DNA of 64,000 bases from the human T2T-CHM13v2.0 reference genome, Homo sapiens (GCF_009914755.1 NC_060928.1); one strand, 5' to 3'. Counted from the stretch's first letter, positions 40,364 to 54,125 are shown. Notes: generated by a model from the sequence alone, not told the origin. A program made the numbers and translations.

Positions 40364-42599
40364 TGATATGGTTTGGCTGTGTCCCTGCCCACATCTCATC
40401 TTGAATTTCCACATGTTGTGGGAGGGACCCAATGAGAGGTAATTGAATCATAGGGGCAAGTCTTTCCTATGTTGTTCTGGTAATAGTGAGTAAGTCTCAC
40501 AAGATCTGATGGTTTTAAAAAGGGGAGTTTGCTTGTACAAGCTCTCTTCTCTTGTCTGCCACCATGTGAGACATGCCTTTCACCTTCCACCATGATTGTG
40601 AGACCTCAGAACTGTAAGTCCAATAAACCTCTTTCTTTTGTAAATTACCCAGTCTTGGGCATGTCTTCATCAGCAGCATGAAAACAGACTAATGGAGTAA
40701 ATTGGTACCAGTAGAGTGGGGCACTGATGAAAAGATACCCGAAAATGTGGAAGTGACTATGGAACTGGGTAACAGGCAAAGGCTGCAACAAATTGGAGGG
40801 CTCAGAACAAGACAGGAGAAAATGTGGGAAAGTTTGGAACTCTCTAGAGACATGTCAAATGGCTTTAGCCAGAATGCTGATAATGATATGGACAATGAAA
40901 TCCAGGCTGAGGTGGTCTAAGAGAGAGATGAGGAGCTTGTTGGGAACTGGAGCAAAAGTGACTCTTGTTATGTTTTTGCAAAGAGATTGGTGGCATTTTG
41001 CCCTTGCTCTAGAGATTTGTGGAACCTGAAACTTGAGAGGGATGATTTAGGGTATCTGGTGGAAGTAATCTCTAAGCAACAAAACATTAAAGAAGTGACT
41101 TGGAGGCTGTAAAAGCATGCAGTTTTAAGAGGGAAATGTGGCATAAAAGTTTGGAAAATTTGCAGCCTGACCATGCAATAGAAAAGAAAATCCCATTTTC
41201 TGAGCAGAAATTCAAGCTGGTTGCAAAAATTTGCATAAGTAACAAGGAGCCTAATGTTAATCACCAAGACAATGGAGAAAATGTCTCCAGAGACCTTTAC
41301 AGCAGCCGCTTCCATCACAGTCCCGGAGATTTAGGAGAGGAAAAAATGATTTCCCAGGCTGGATCCAACGTCCCTATGCCGTGTACAGTCTAGGAACTTG
41401 GTGCCCTGAATTCAAGCCACTCCAGCTGTGACTAAAAGGGGCCCAGGTTCAGCTCAGGCTGTTGCTCCAGAGGGTGGAAGCTCCAAGCCTGGGCAGCTTC
41501 CATGTGGTTTCAGCCTGCAGATGCACAGTAGTCAAGAATTGAGGTTTGGGAACCTCTGCCTAGATTTCAGAGGATGTATGGAAACACCTAGATGCCCAGG
41601 CAGAAGTTTCCTGTAGGGACAGGGCCCTCATGGAGAACCTCTGCTAGGGCAGTGCAGAAGGGAAATGTGGCATCAGAGTCCCCACACAGAGTTCGTACTG
41701 GGGCACCATCTAGTGGAACTTTGAGAAGAGGGCCACTGTCCTCCAGTGGTAGTTGCACAGACAGCTGGCACCATGCCCCTGGAAAAGCCAAAGACATTCA
41801 ATGCCAGCACATGAAAGCAGCCAGGAGGGGGCTATACCATGCAAAGCCAAAGGGGTGGAGCTGCCAAAGGCCATAGGAGCCCATCTGTTGCCTCCGTGTG
41901 ACCTGGATGTGAGACATGGAGTCAAAGGAGATCATTTTGGAGCTTTAAGATGTTACTGCCCTGCTGGATTTTGGACTTGCATGGGGTCTGTAGCCCCTTT
42001 GTTCTGGCCAATTTCTCCCATTAGGAATGGCTGTATTTGCCCAATGCCTGTACACCCATTGTCTCTAGCTAGTAACCAACTTGCTTTTGATCTTATAGGC
42101 TCATAGGCAGAAGGGACTTGCCTTGTCTCAGATGAGACTTCAGACTGTGGACTTTTGAGCTAATGCTGAAATGAGTTAAGACTTTGGGAGACTGTTGGGA
42201 AGGAATGATTGGTTTTGAAATGAAAGGACATAAGATTTGGGAGGGGCCAGAGGTGGAATAATATGGTTTGGCCCTTTCCCCACCCAAATCTCATCTTGAA
42301 TTCCCACATGTTGTGGGAGTGACCTGGTGGAAGGTATTTGAATCATGGGGGCAAGTCTTTCCTGTGCTGTTCGCATGATAGTGAATAAATCTCATGAGAT
42401 CTGATGGTTTTAAAAAGGGGAGTTTGCCTGCATAAGCTCACTTCTCTTGTCTGCCACCATGTGAGATGTGCCTTTCACCTTCCACCATGATCATGAGGTC
42501 TCCCCAGCCATGTGGAACTGTAAGTCCAATAAGCCTCTTTCTTTTGTAAATTGCCCAGTCTCAGGTATGCCTTTATCAGCAGCATGAAAACAAATTAAT
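40364..42599 (+). mobile_element. Two-LTR THE1 (MaLR) element: 5' LTR 40364-40696, internal 40697-42258, 3' LTR 42259-42599
   Basis: Both LTRs t(g/a)atatggtttgg...; internal starts gtaaattggtacc; TSD gtgtt at 40359-40363 and 42600-42604. Confidence 0.95.
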
Positions 42600-42604
42600 G
42601 TGTT

Positions 42605-42810
42605 CAAATCCCAGCACTTACTGGTTCATGCAACCAGTCATGAGCCATTTAACTCCTCTAAGCCCCAATTCCCTCATCTATAAAAGCAGAAATAATAAGT
42701 GCTTGTCCTTCATAGAGTTTTCATGAAGATTTATATGATAATACATAAAAGCACTTGTCAAAATACCTAGTGTATAGAAAGAGTTCAGTAAGTGGTAACT
42801 CTTTTCATTA
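42605..42810 (+). mobile_element. MIR (host of the THE1; 5' piece at about 40310-40363)
   Basis: caaatcccagcacttact...ccctcatctataaaa...aaagcactt. Confidence 0.75.
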
Positions 42811-44717
42811 CTGTAATAAATATTAGTAGTTAGGCCTTGTCTTCTTGGTCAATGAAATAAACAATTGCACAACACATGCATATATTAAAATACTAGATAA
42901 ACATTGAAAAATTATAAGCTAGTAATTCTGATATTTTTATTTTCCAAAAGAATCATTTTATATCAAATCTAAAATGTGATAAAAGCAAACATGAGATATT
43001 CATTGTTATTGGATTTCAGCACCTCATGGGAAATTTTACTTAAATCTGCACAACCTCTCCACTGTCAGCCTCTATTGAATGTCAAGAAAGTTTTTTTATT
43101 ATTATTAACTTTGTTTCTGAAGTTTACTAATAAATAGATAAAAGGACTTAAATCAAAAATATGGCATTCTCAGAGGCAAGATTCTAAAAAGACATGAAAT
43201 CAAGTTAAAATTGTGCTTTCTAAAATTTCCTGTTGACAATGAGACTTTGCATTTAACTTATTTTTAACTGTCAATAATTGGTGTTAATACACATGTGTGT
43301 TTGTGAGGAGGAAGAATAATTTGGCATTAGGTTAATAAATGATTAGTAGTCAAATCTGATCATGTTAAATTACTTAAGTTACAAAACAAAGAGAAATTTC
43401 AGCATGCAAAATTGAGCCTAAATCCACAATTAAAATGGAAAAATGATTAACAAACCTATCATATGTAATGTTTATAAACCTTTTCAAAAGGTTTGGCTAT
43501 GCAGAGAACAAACGTATAGTGGAAATAGACCTCTTATCTCTAGAAAACACATTTGTTAGGCTTAGAAACAAGATATAAATTAAGTATACCATTGCTGCAA
43601 TGAAAAAATACAATTGTTGCTTGAAAATTTCATTAAATTGTAAATAAATTGGAGTTAACCCGTGAGTTGATTATTTATCTCAGGAATGTGGGCGAGATTT
43701 GAATGCTTGCACGATGAACAGAATAAAGGTAGGCAGTATTTTGACATTTTATCCAATTTGAACATGAAAGTCATAGGTATGAGGGGTGGAGGTTCATAAT
43801 AGAACTAGTTAAAAGAAGTTCCTAAGCCAGCACCTATGAAAAACAAATCAAGTAGAAATTGGAGGAATGATATTTGTGTATTTTCTTTCAATAAATCAAG
43901 CAGCAAAGCACCAAATGATCTGATGTGTTGGCTCTAGAGATCTGATGTGAACCTAAAAAACTCAATTTGAAAATTGATTACAAGATACTTGAAATCACAT
44001 CGAAGATGAAAATAAGAGGTGGCAATTATCTGGAATCTTCCAGCCATGGATCTAATTTATGGCAAGCATCCAGTTCTGTGAAACAATTAAGAGGGATTTA
44101 ATATATTTTTTTATTTCATCTTCATCTTATAAAAATGTGGTTGCTTATTTTTTCAATAACTAAAATCAGAGTGCTACAGTGATAATCTTATGCCCTGAAA
44201 AAAATAGAAGATAACTGCCCCAATGAAAAGAGCTTATGTTAAGCAACCTACTAAAACAGTCACATAAGGATTTGTTTCTAAAGTGGCAGAGCATAGAATT
44301 ATATCAGGCACTCAGACATAGAGTATAAAGATATAGTCTTGACCGCTAATTTCTGATATATTTTTCTATCTCTTTTGTTGCCAGGATACAAGGTCTCTGT
44401 GTAATCTCTGGACACCTGCGTTAATACATTACAGTTCTTACGTTAGTCCTGCTTTTCTCCTTCAGGTTTATCCTGTCCAAGAGGTTCTCTCCTCTTTGCC
44501 CTCTTACTGAGTCCCAGTTAGTCTGAGTAGAACCTTAATCTACATTTAGTACTGGAGCTCTCTCATGATGCCTAATCTGGAAACTGAGGATTCTCCCTCT
44601 TGCTTATCCTAATTCCCAAATTGAAGAACTGACTTAAACCTCTACTCCTTTAACCTAACTCTTCCAAAATTAACTGTATATATCCAGACAAGTCCGTTTT
44701 CCAAGCATCTTCTCCCT

Positions 44718-44800
44718 ATTCTATCCTACTATGATTAGATGATATGGACCTGTATCCTGTATCCATAGGTCCATATCTTATAATCATAGTAGGATAGAAT
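44718..44800. repeat. Long inverted repeat / hairpin
   Basis: 34-bp arms (44718-44751, 44767-44800), 32/34 complementary. Confidence 0.95.
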
Positions 44801-45072
44801 GCAGAAATGATAGATGCAAATCTGGGGTCAGCTCTTTTTTTTTGTAAAACTTCTTGTCCTTTTTTCACTCCCTTCTCTCATTTTTCCAATTTCCTATTGC
44901 AGCTAAGCCAGCTCTACCTCTTGTTCCTCAAATGTTCCTTGAATGTCTTTCATCTAAGGTCACCTCAGTGTACCTTTGCTCCTTCTTCATTTCTTTGCTA
45001 GAAATTCTGTCACCTTTCTCTCCCATTGATTCACTTAATTTTATGTAACAACTCTGCAAAGTACTTACTACC

Positions 45073-45503
45073 TGCTATGGTTTGAGAGTTGAGTGTATCT
45101 CATAAAATTCATGAATTAGAAATTTGGTCCCTAGTGTGGCAGTGTTGGGAAGCAGGGCCTTTAAGATGTGATTAGGTCATTAAGGTGGATTAATGCCACT
45201 CTTTACAAACTGAGCTAATTCTCCTGGGAGTGAGCAAGTTCTCACTCTCACAGAGCTGAATTAGTTACCACAAAAGAGGGTTGCAAGTCAAAGCCACAAC
45301 CCATGTTTTTCTTCTTTCACACATGTTCACTCACACTTCCACTTTTCTGCCATGTTATGACACAGTATGAAAGCCCTCGCCAGAAGCTGCCACTATGCCT
45401 TGGACTTCTCTGCCCTAGATCCACGAACCAAATAAATTATTTTCTTTATAAATTACCAGGTCTCAGGTACTTTATTATAGCAACAGAAAAACAGACCAAA
45501 ATA
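45073..45503 (+). mobile_element. MSTC/MSTD-like LTR nested in L2
   Basis: tgctatggtttga...ataaattaccaggtctcaggtac...atagcaacagaaa; L2 tail taggtgctcaataaatgttg at about 45700. Confidence 0.8.
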
Positions 45504-48500
45504 TTGCCCTACTAGAATTATTAGAGCACTAATTACCTACTGTAACCTTGTTGTATACCTTTTCCTGTGTATTTTCTGATCGAAATCAAGCATCAAAAGG
45601 TTGAGTTGCAAATACAGGCATTCATCTATAATCCTTTTGAAGAGAGGTGTCTTGTGTTAAAATCAGGTGTTAACTTTCTATTTTTACTGTGCACTGCATG
45701 TAGGTGCTCAATAAATGTTGACAATAATGTCTAAAAGGGACTTCTATAAATTTCTTCACAAATGAGTAGCATGTGAAACAACACTGAGGATAAATTTCCT
45801 GAAGAAAACTTTAATTTTAAAACTATATTTTTCTGTTACTAACATTGAAACTAATAAAATTGTTATAAATCCCCTGACAAAAATTAAAACCCTCTCATTT
45901 GTCTAAAACTCTCATTTGCTTAATTTACCTTGAGTTACTTATGTAAAAAAAGGAAAAATGCTAAACACATTAAAAACTAAACAGGTAAAAATAAGCTTTT
46001 CATTTGAAGCAATAGTATACATTCACCTTGTTCTAATTGTGTACTCTAACATTTTACTATTCAAATTATGTCACAAAGGGAATCTACTAAAAGACCATTG
46101 AGGCAATTCTTAACTGAAAGTTTATGATTCCACTATATGTAAAGCAGGATTAATTAATAGTTATTAACAGTAATTGTCATTATCGCACAACCAACACAGC
46201 ATGCTTATTTACTGGGGAAATAAAACACAAAGCAGGAGAGGAATGGCTCTAGGCGTAAAACACATTTGCTCATGTTAAAATGGCTGGGAAAAAGATACAG
46301 GTTGAGGTTTATGTGACCATGCAGAACGCTGTCTCCAAAGTTTGCTGGCACTGTGGGTTTTTCTAGTAAACCACAGCTACTCAGTCAAGTGGGCAAAATA
46401 TGTAATGGATGTATATAAAACAGACAGAATTTGAGCCAGGCTGTCACATAGTCGCCATCGTGGCAGTTCTCATCGTAAAGTAAGAATTCACTAGACATCA
46501 GACTTGGACTCACGAGTGGGGTCCTAATACCTGGGAGAAAAAATACCTCGTCATAGCAAGGTAAGAACCCAGAAAACAAACAAGACTTCTAACAAGTGTC
46601 AGAGATAGGCAGCAAGAGATAAAACTTAGAAAGAAAGAATAATACTGAATTCTGAATCTTGAAGGATAATCAATATTATTTCCTTATTCCTCATTGACTG
46701 AAGTCTGGAATTCAGACAATTAATCAAGGCTCGACTATAGAGACCCACAACCTTAGAATAAAGAGACACCAGGAAAGAGAAAAAATATAATTTTATTTGG
46801 AAATATTGCCATTGGGATATCATTTCTGTCAGGAAATAGCCACTTAATTTTATCTTTAAACTTATGTGATATGGAAGCTGACATTCAGATTTTCTTGATA
46901 AAAGTGAATTGTGTTTCATGTTGACAGTTGTAACATTAATTTTTCAAGAAGTGTTTTTCAACTGTTGATCAGATTTCAGTGGAAGAGAGGTCAGGTTTCC
47001 TATATATAAATCTACACTCTTATGAACATTGTGCTTTCTGTTTTGTGTTGTTAGTTGTTTATAGCAATTTACTTTGAAATCTTTGAAGATTTAACAGATT
47101 TTGTCCTTTTAAAGTTTTTTTCACTTCTGATTTTGTCACATCAAACATGCTAGAAAATGTTAATAAAAGATGAATATTTCATTTTAAGTCTTCTGTTTCA
47201 CTGCAAAAACATAATACATACTTTAGAGCAAAGCATCAACTAATACACTATTTTGAGTGTCCTGACAGAGCATCAAGACTGAAGATTTTATTGTCGGAAA
47301 AAAAAGCATAATAATCTACCATCAAGAAATCAAAGTTCTTATCTTGATGTATCATATTGGGCAAGATGCTTCCCTTCTCTGTGTTTAATTTCTTTTTGGT
47401 GGTAAAAGAATATCTCTTCCTGCCTGGCCTGATCACAGTGTTGTGGTAAAATGTATATGAGGTATTAACAAATACACTTAAAAAGATAAACACAAAGTTT
47501 TTGCTCTTATAGGAAATCTACACACCTTAACACTGAATGCTGTGAGAGAAGCTGCAGAGAACACCACCTCTCAGCAAAATATATAGTTAGAATTATACTT
47601 CTTGCTGACTCTAAGGGACCCATGTTTTGCTGTGGCATAGCACAAAGAACTCAGTACTCAAGCTGTGGTCTAGGCAAAACAAATTCACCACTGTGCTTTG
47701 CTTCTTTATTTCTTATCTGTGTTCTTGTTGGCACCTCTCTTACCTATGTAAAGACTCTCTATCTATAATAGCAAACTCTTCCTTTTGAACCCACAGAATA
47801 TATGAATAATTGACCCCAGAATTCATTGCCTTTGAGTCCAGTATCAGAATTCTTCAAAACAAGACACAGCACATGACTATTGACAATAAACAGAAATTTA
47901 TGTGCAAGACGAAGAGTATTTGCTACTCTTGAGCTACAACTTCAGTAATTTCTAATCTTCCAGTCATATGTATACCTTTTAAGAGTGGCCTCCTGGGGTA
48001 ATGCCTTTGCTGCAGAATTCACATTCTTAACACAAACAGGGGTTTGAACTGGTTACATAGGTTGTTTACAGCTTGTGGTAGAGAATGATTAGCAAAGTAA
48101 AATTAAAAACAATTCGCTTCAGCACATCACAATGATCTCTTCTTGTACTGATCATCTGTAGAGAACATTTACAGGCATAATTTTCTAGTAAAAGAAAACC
48201 ACAGAGATTAACAATAAAAATGAGGTGTACAGATTCTGATTATGTATCTTTTACTCTGAGTGCAGGCTGCAGGGAATTGGTAGGAGGCCCAGGATACATA
48301 TGGTAATAAAGGGCAGAGGAACTCAGCTCATGGAAGTAAAATTTAAAGCTCTGAGTCAATAGCTGTGTAAAGATGAAAGAGGATTATATCGTGGAACGAG
48401 GAATACTTAGCTAAGAACATTATGTTCATCTCTTAGGGAAAAGTTTTTCCCTTTTTAGATTTCAAGTACAGCTTACTTATAAATATCAGAGTGAATGCTA

Positions 48501-48532
48501 TAGCCCAGTAAGAGATCCAAGCAGGAGAAGGC

Positions 48533-49235
48533 TGTGTTCCACTTATTTATTGCTGTATAACAACCCACTCCAAAACTCAGTGAATAAAACAACCAACATT
48601 GTATCGCATTTCATTGATTGGTAAGCCAGGATTTGGGCAGGGCATGGCTGGGCAATTCTTCTATTCCCTCTTATCATACTTTAGTTGGCATGGACAAGGG
48701 CCATTCACTGGATTTCAGATGTTGCCTGGGTGAGTCTAGAGAGTACAATACTGCTGGGTTGGCTGGAAGTCTGGACTCACTTGGGCACCTCTCTTTCTCT
48801 CCATATTGTCTCAGAGCCTCTATACATGTCTTTCCAGCGAAGTAGTTGACCAATTTGTGTGATGGCTTCCGATTTCCTAAACCTGGGCCCAGAAAATGGC
48901 CCAGCATTACATCTCATGTATTCTAATGGTCAATCCCTCACAGATCCTACCCAAATTCAATGGAGGAGACTGGCTGGGCAGGGTGGTTCACACCTGTAAT
49001 ACCCGTGCTTTGCGTGGCTGAGGGGGAGAATTGCTGAGGCAATTTTTGTAGACACCATCTCTACAAGATAAATATAGAAATAGATACATAAATAGATATG
49101 ATTTTTTTCTAAAGAGGGCAATAGACTCCATTTCTCATTCTCCATTTTTTTTCTAAAGAGGGCAATAGACCCCATTTCTCATTGAAGGAATCTCAGAAAA
49201 AAATGTGGCCATCTTTAACTGCCACGTAAGTAGGA
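48533..49235 (-). mobile_element. MLT1G/H-like LTR
   Basis: ttgctgtataacaacccactccaaaactcagtg; caggatttgggcagggcatggctggg; tggccatctttaac. Confidence 0.75.
48972..49080 (+). mobile_element. Degenerate Alu monomer (FLAM/FAM-like)
   Basis: ggctgggcagggtggttcacacctgtaat...ccatctctacaa. Confidence 0.7.
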
Positions 49236-50899
49236 TTTTTTGTAGTATCTCTTTTTGTCTCATCCTTTGGAAATCACATCCCAGTCCTCAGGAAAGTTGC
49301 TGTTCTGTTGTTGCTTTTGTTCTTTTTAAGAAACCCATAAGAGGACTACTTAATGTAATAATAAGATGCTCTATATTAAGCTTCTTATTTCAGCCAATCT
49401 GTCTATCTCTTCACATTATCACCCCGTAACTTCCTAAACCAAAGCAATTTGTTTTAAAAGTGCCAGTGATCTAGGCTGACTTTCTGGTAAACATTAATTT
49501 TATGTAAGAATGATTTGAAAAAGAGCTCCCTAGACCAGAGACAGTAAGATATGGTTTCTAATTTTAGATCTATTATGACTTAGAATCAGTCTTTTAGCCT
49601 CTCTGATTCTTGTTTCATAATAAGCTGTTCGCACTCTAAAACTTAGAAATATGGATAGTTAATAAGGTCATGTATATTAAAGTCTTTTGACGACTTTTAT
49701 GTATGAAGAAGTATTATGATTGGAATCATCAAAATTCCAATTTCAAACATTACTAGTTAGTATATGCAACTTCAAAAATAAGTTTAAATGTCCAAGTGGG
49801 AAAATGCATGAAAAAAACTGTTAAGCATGATATAGTCTTGATGATTTTGCCTTATTGTTTCCAGCTCTGTAATTTCTTTTTGATTGATTACATTCCTTTA
49901 GGCTATCATATCCTGCTGGTGTCCCAGGATCTCATTTTTCCAAAGGTTATGCCAACATACCTTATTTACTCTTGACTGATTTTACTTATTCTGTCTTACA
50001 AAATGAAAACTCTTATATGTAGCAACTTAGTTTTCAGTTTAATAATTAAGTCATAATTATTTTCTTGCACTGAAGGTGACAATTAGTTCTTTTTCATTGT
50101 TGTCTTTATGCACATAATAAAATTTTATTTAACAAAAACGTTTTCTTTAATTAATAAGACGGAGAAGGAAATGGCAGAAACTGATGGTCCAAGGTATGGT
50201 ATTATTATCAATTCACTGTAGACACATCCAACAAAAATTATTACTTGGAAAGTTTTAAAAAATGTTGTTTAAAAATTAGATAAATATTTTTATATAACAA
50301 TTATTTTTCTTCTTAGACAGATGAGGATTTCTTTCTGTTTGAAGCTGAAAACACCAAATTCTCCATAGCCAAAATTTCTCAACTTCTTAGGACCCCCATA
50401 TCTTAGTCTAAGAGATAATGAGATATCTCCCATGGGATGCCTCATTGATGCCTAAATTTAATGGTGAAGAAATGTTGTTATCATTATTGTTCAATTGGAC
50501 ATGTAGTAGTTTGTTGGATATATGTCATGAAATGATCCTAGAACACTGTCTCTCCTAAGGTAATGGCTAACCCTCTTACATATTTTAAGTTTGACTTATT
50601 TGTCACCTAATAGGGCTTATTCTGACCAGCCTTCGTAAAATTAAAACTCATCATGCACATGTGCACATTTCAGATCCCTTTTATTCTGCTCTACATTTTC
50701 TCTCCTATAGTGGTGCCTAGCAAATTATAGGATTCGGTATAATTTATTTATTTATTAGTGTTTATTGTGTTTTTCTTATCCTTTCTATAGAAATGGCATG
50801 CCATAAATGCAAAAGTCCTGGAATTACAGAAGAATTATTAATTATGCTTCATAATCATCAATAGCTTATGCTTTATAAATGTATAATTTCAAATACATA

Positions 50900-53800
50900 C
50901 ACATATTATCAAAGGGATATTATATTTATTAGTTTGTTTTTTTTCTAGTGATTATTTTCATGGCGCCTTGAAAAAAAGTCTCATTCCAGATTTGGCAAAG
51001 AAAGTGAACAAAATGATCCTGCAATATCTTACGCCAGAAAGAAAGGAATCAATCAAATACAAATGAGGTCATATCTATCTAAATAATATACAATCCAATT
51101 TGCTGTAACTTTCATCAGTCTAGGATGAAAGAATTTAAAGATTCAACAAGAATACTGAATTTGACTTGTGGTTTAAGCTCTGACATCCAAAATCTTGGAA
51201 TTCACCACCCCTATTCTTAAAACTAGAAAAATTGATACAAACTGAAAATTAATGTCTTTTATTGGACCTATCAGAGAACTGAGGTTACAGAGCAAACTGC
51301 TACCAATGTCTAGAGACAGGTGAATCCAGAGAGTTCACAAACAAGATCCTTTTATTTATAAAACATCTTCAGGAGCCTTGAACTGACAGGAAGATTTAAA
51401 TGGTAATTCTGACAAATTCCTAGACGTGGAATGTGGACTAGTGTGAGAATAAAAAATCTCAGTGAACCACAGTCACAGGAAGGTCCTCACACTTTCATGG
51501 ACAAAACTTTCAGGAACTGCACCAGGATTTTAGGGTAAAGATCAGAGACAGGTCCCCTGCTGGTTCTGGTGTGGGGAAAAGTGGAATCATTGTGAAATAT
51601 TCTCAAAGCCTTCTCCATAACAAAAACCTACTTTACAAAGAAAAAGACTACCAGAGCTTCATTCCAGCTGGGAGAAAATCCTTCCTCACCCTCCAGTCCC
51701 TTTTAGCCTTCCTGTCTTATATAAGGGGTGATGGGAGGGCATAATGAGTATGGGTCAAGGCTTCAAGAAAAATTGACTGGAAATGCTGCAGCCAGAGAAG
51801 TGAGAAAGGAGCTGGAGTGAAAAATAAGCATTTCTATTAAGAAAACAGTTATGAAGGTCACAGCCCAGAGACACATGTCTATGAAAAGACTGAGACTTAA
51901 TCATAAATTACAGAATCTTTCCCCTTCCTAGCATCTTGCCATCACAGCAATAGGGCATCATCGGAAGAATTTATTACAGCTAGCTATAAGAGCTGCAAGG
52001 CACAGGGTCTCTCTTGGAAAGAGTACGTAGGGAAACTCAAAGTTAAGATGAGTGGCATATGCTAGAACACAAGAGAGATTTGAAAGCTCTGGCCCTTGTA
52101 GTCACAGAAAACATTAAACAGCCAATTCCCCCACTAGGTTAACATAAATACTCACACTAAAGATCTATTTAGCTCAGTTTCTTTTACCCAGTACATGTCT
52201 AGCTTTCAATAAAAAATCATAAGGCACTACAAATGCAAGTAAAAATATAATATGAAGGGATAAAGGAAGCATCAGAATCAAACTCAAATATGACACAGAT
52301 ATTAGAATTATCAGACATGGCATTTAGAATACCCATGATTTGTATGTGAAGAGTTCTAATGGAAAAAGTAGGCAATGTGCAAGAACAGACTAGTAATGTA
52401 AGCACAGAGGCAACAAATCTTCGAAAGGCTCAACAGGAAATGCTAAAAATTTTAAAAATTGCAAGAGAAATGAAGAATGCCTCACACTGACGTCAGTAGA
52501 ACATGAAGAAAAAAAATCATGAGTTTGAGGTTATGTTGAAATGCAAAAAGAAAAGAAAGTTTAAAAAAACAGCAGAGCATCCAAAAACTGGAACAATTTC
52601 ATAAGGTATAATATACATATAATCAGAGTTTCAGGGGAGAAGACATAGAGAAAAGAGTAGAAGAAATATTTGAAGTAATCATGGTGGAAAACTTTCCAAA
52701 AATAATGGCAGACACGAAGTCACAGATCCAAGAAACTCAGAGAATACCAAGTAAGCGAATGCCAACAAAACTATACCTAGTCATAGCATTATCAATCTAC
52801 AGACAAACAAAGACAAAGAAAAATTCTTGATAAAAAAAGGAGAAAAAATATCTTATCTACAGAGGAAATTATGCAGGTAAGAAGAAAGTAAAGAAGAATG
52901 TTTAGAGTGCTTAAGAAACATACACACATACACACAATATAACCTATAATTCTAATCCAGCAAAATTATCTTCAAAACTGAAGGAAAAAAAGACTTTTTC
53001 TGACAAAAACTAAGACAATTTATTAACAGCAGATCTGCCTTGCAAGAAATGTTAAAATAATACTGAATTCCAAAAATTAAATCACGTTAACATATGAAAC
53101 CCATGGATTCCAAATGTGTCCTTTTACACACATACATACAGACTTGTGGGTCTCCATTGAAAGTTCCTAAAGTATGAACTCATTATTTTGAAAACTTAAC
53201 AATAAAGGGAACAAACCAATGATTTATACTACCTTGCCTGAACAAACTCTATTTCAAGATGAGAAAATAGATGTGTAAAAATTCTTTTTTAAAGAATCAC
53301 TTCAGCTAACAAATGCAAAAGTCCCAATAGAAGTGTAAAATTATCATCTTGTACCACCTAATGAAATAATGGAGTTTGACAATAATAATCCAATAAAACC
53401 ACTGAATAGAATATGACAAGGAATTTTATGAAAAAGTATCACTTAGCATTGTTAGAACTTATCACTTATCAGCTGAGGCATCCCTAAAAGTCAGACATTA
53501 TTATATCATGTAACTTCTGATATGATATTATAGGAAAATTTTTTGTTTCCCCCACTAATTGACCCTAAATCTAATCAAATATCTAGATCTAAGTACCAGT
53601 TTTCAGGTGACACGTGTGACAGAAAAATAAGATAAATGACATCACTAGAAGCAATAAGCCAGCTTTAAGTTATGCTACAAAGAAAAGTGACCTGATACAT
53701 TCAACAAAACAATGACATGAAGAAAAAAAGAAAAACAATGTATGGACCTTATTTGGATCCTGATCTTAGCAAATTAACTTTAGAATAACAGTTTTGAGAC

Positions 53801-54125
53801 AATTAGGTCAATATAAATGTGGGTGATTATTAATTGAATTAAAGAATTAGTTTCAACTCCAGATAATAATATAATATGAGCTTATCTTAAAAGACTTGTC
53901 AATAAGATGCAGGATGAAGAACTTCTGGCAGCAATTACATGGTATGTGGGATTTTAAAAAAATACTTTGGCTTAAGGAAAGAAAGAAAGTGAGAAGAGTA
54001 TGGTCAATGAAATAAGACTGTCAATATTTTAATAATTGTTTTAGCTAGATTATCATTATATATGGATATTCACTTTTCTGTTTTATTTTTTGGTATGTTA
54101 AAAGTGTTCATAATAAAATGTTTTC
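50900..54125 (+). mobile_element. L1MC4/5-like 3'UTR (host), interrupted at 51162-53058
   Basis: ccagaaagaaaggaa; ggaccttatttggatcctgat; ends gttcataataaaatgttt. Confidence 0.6.
51162..53058 (+). mobile_element. Old L1 (L1MC/MD-type) 5'UTR + ORF1 only
   Basis: gacttgtggtttaagctctgacat 5' end; ORF1 relics (EIFEVIMVENFPKI, SQIQETQRIP, RSALQEMLK); direct repeat aatactgaatt at 51151-51161 and 53059-53069. Confidence 0.8.

Noticed and set aside
40702-42106. Cluster of ORFs
   Set aside because: Fragments of the decayed THE1 internal region
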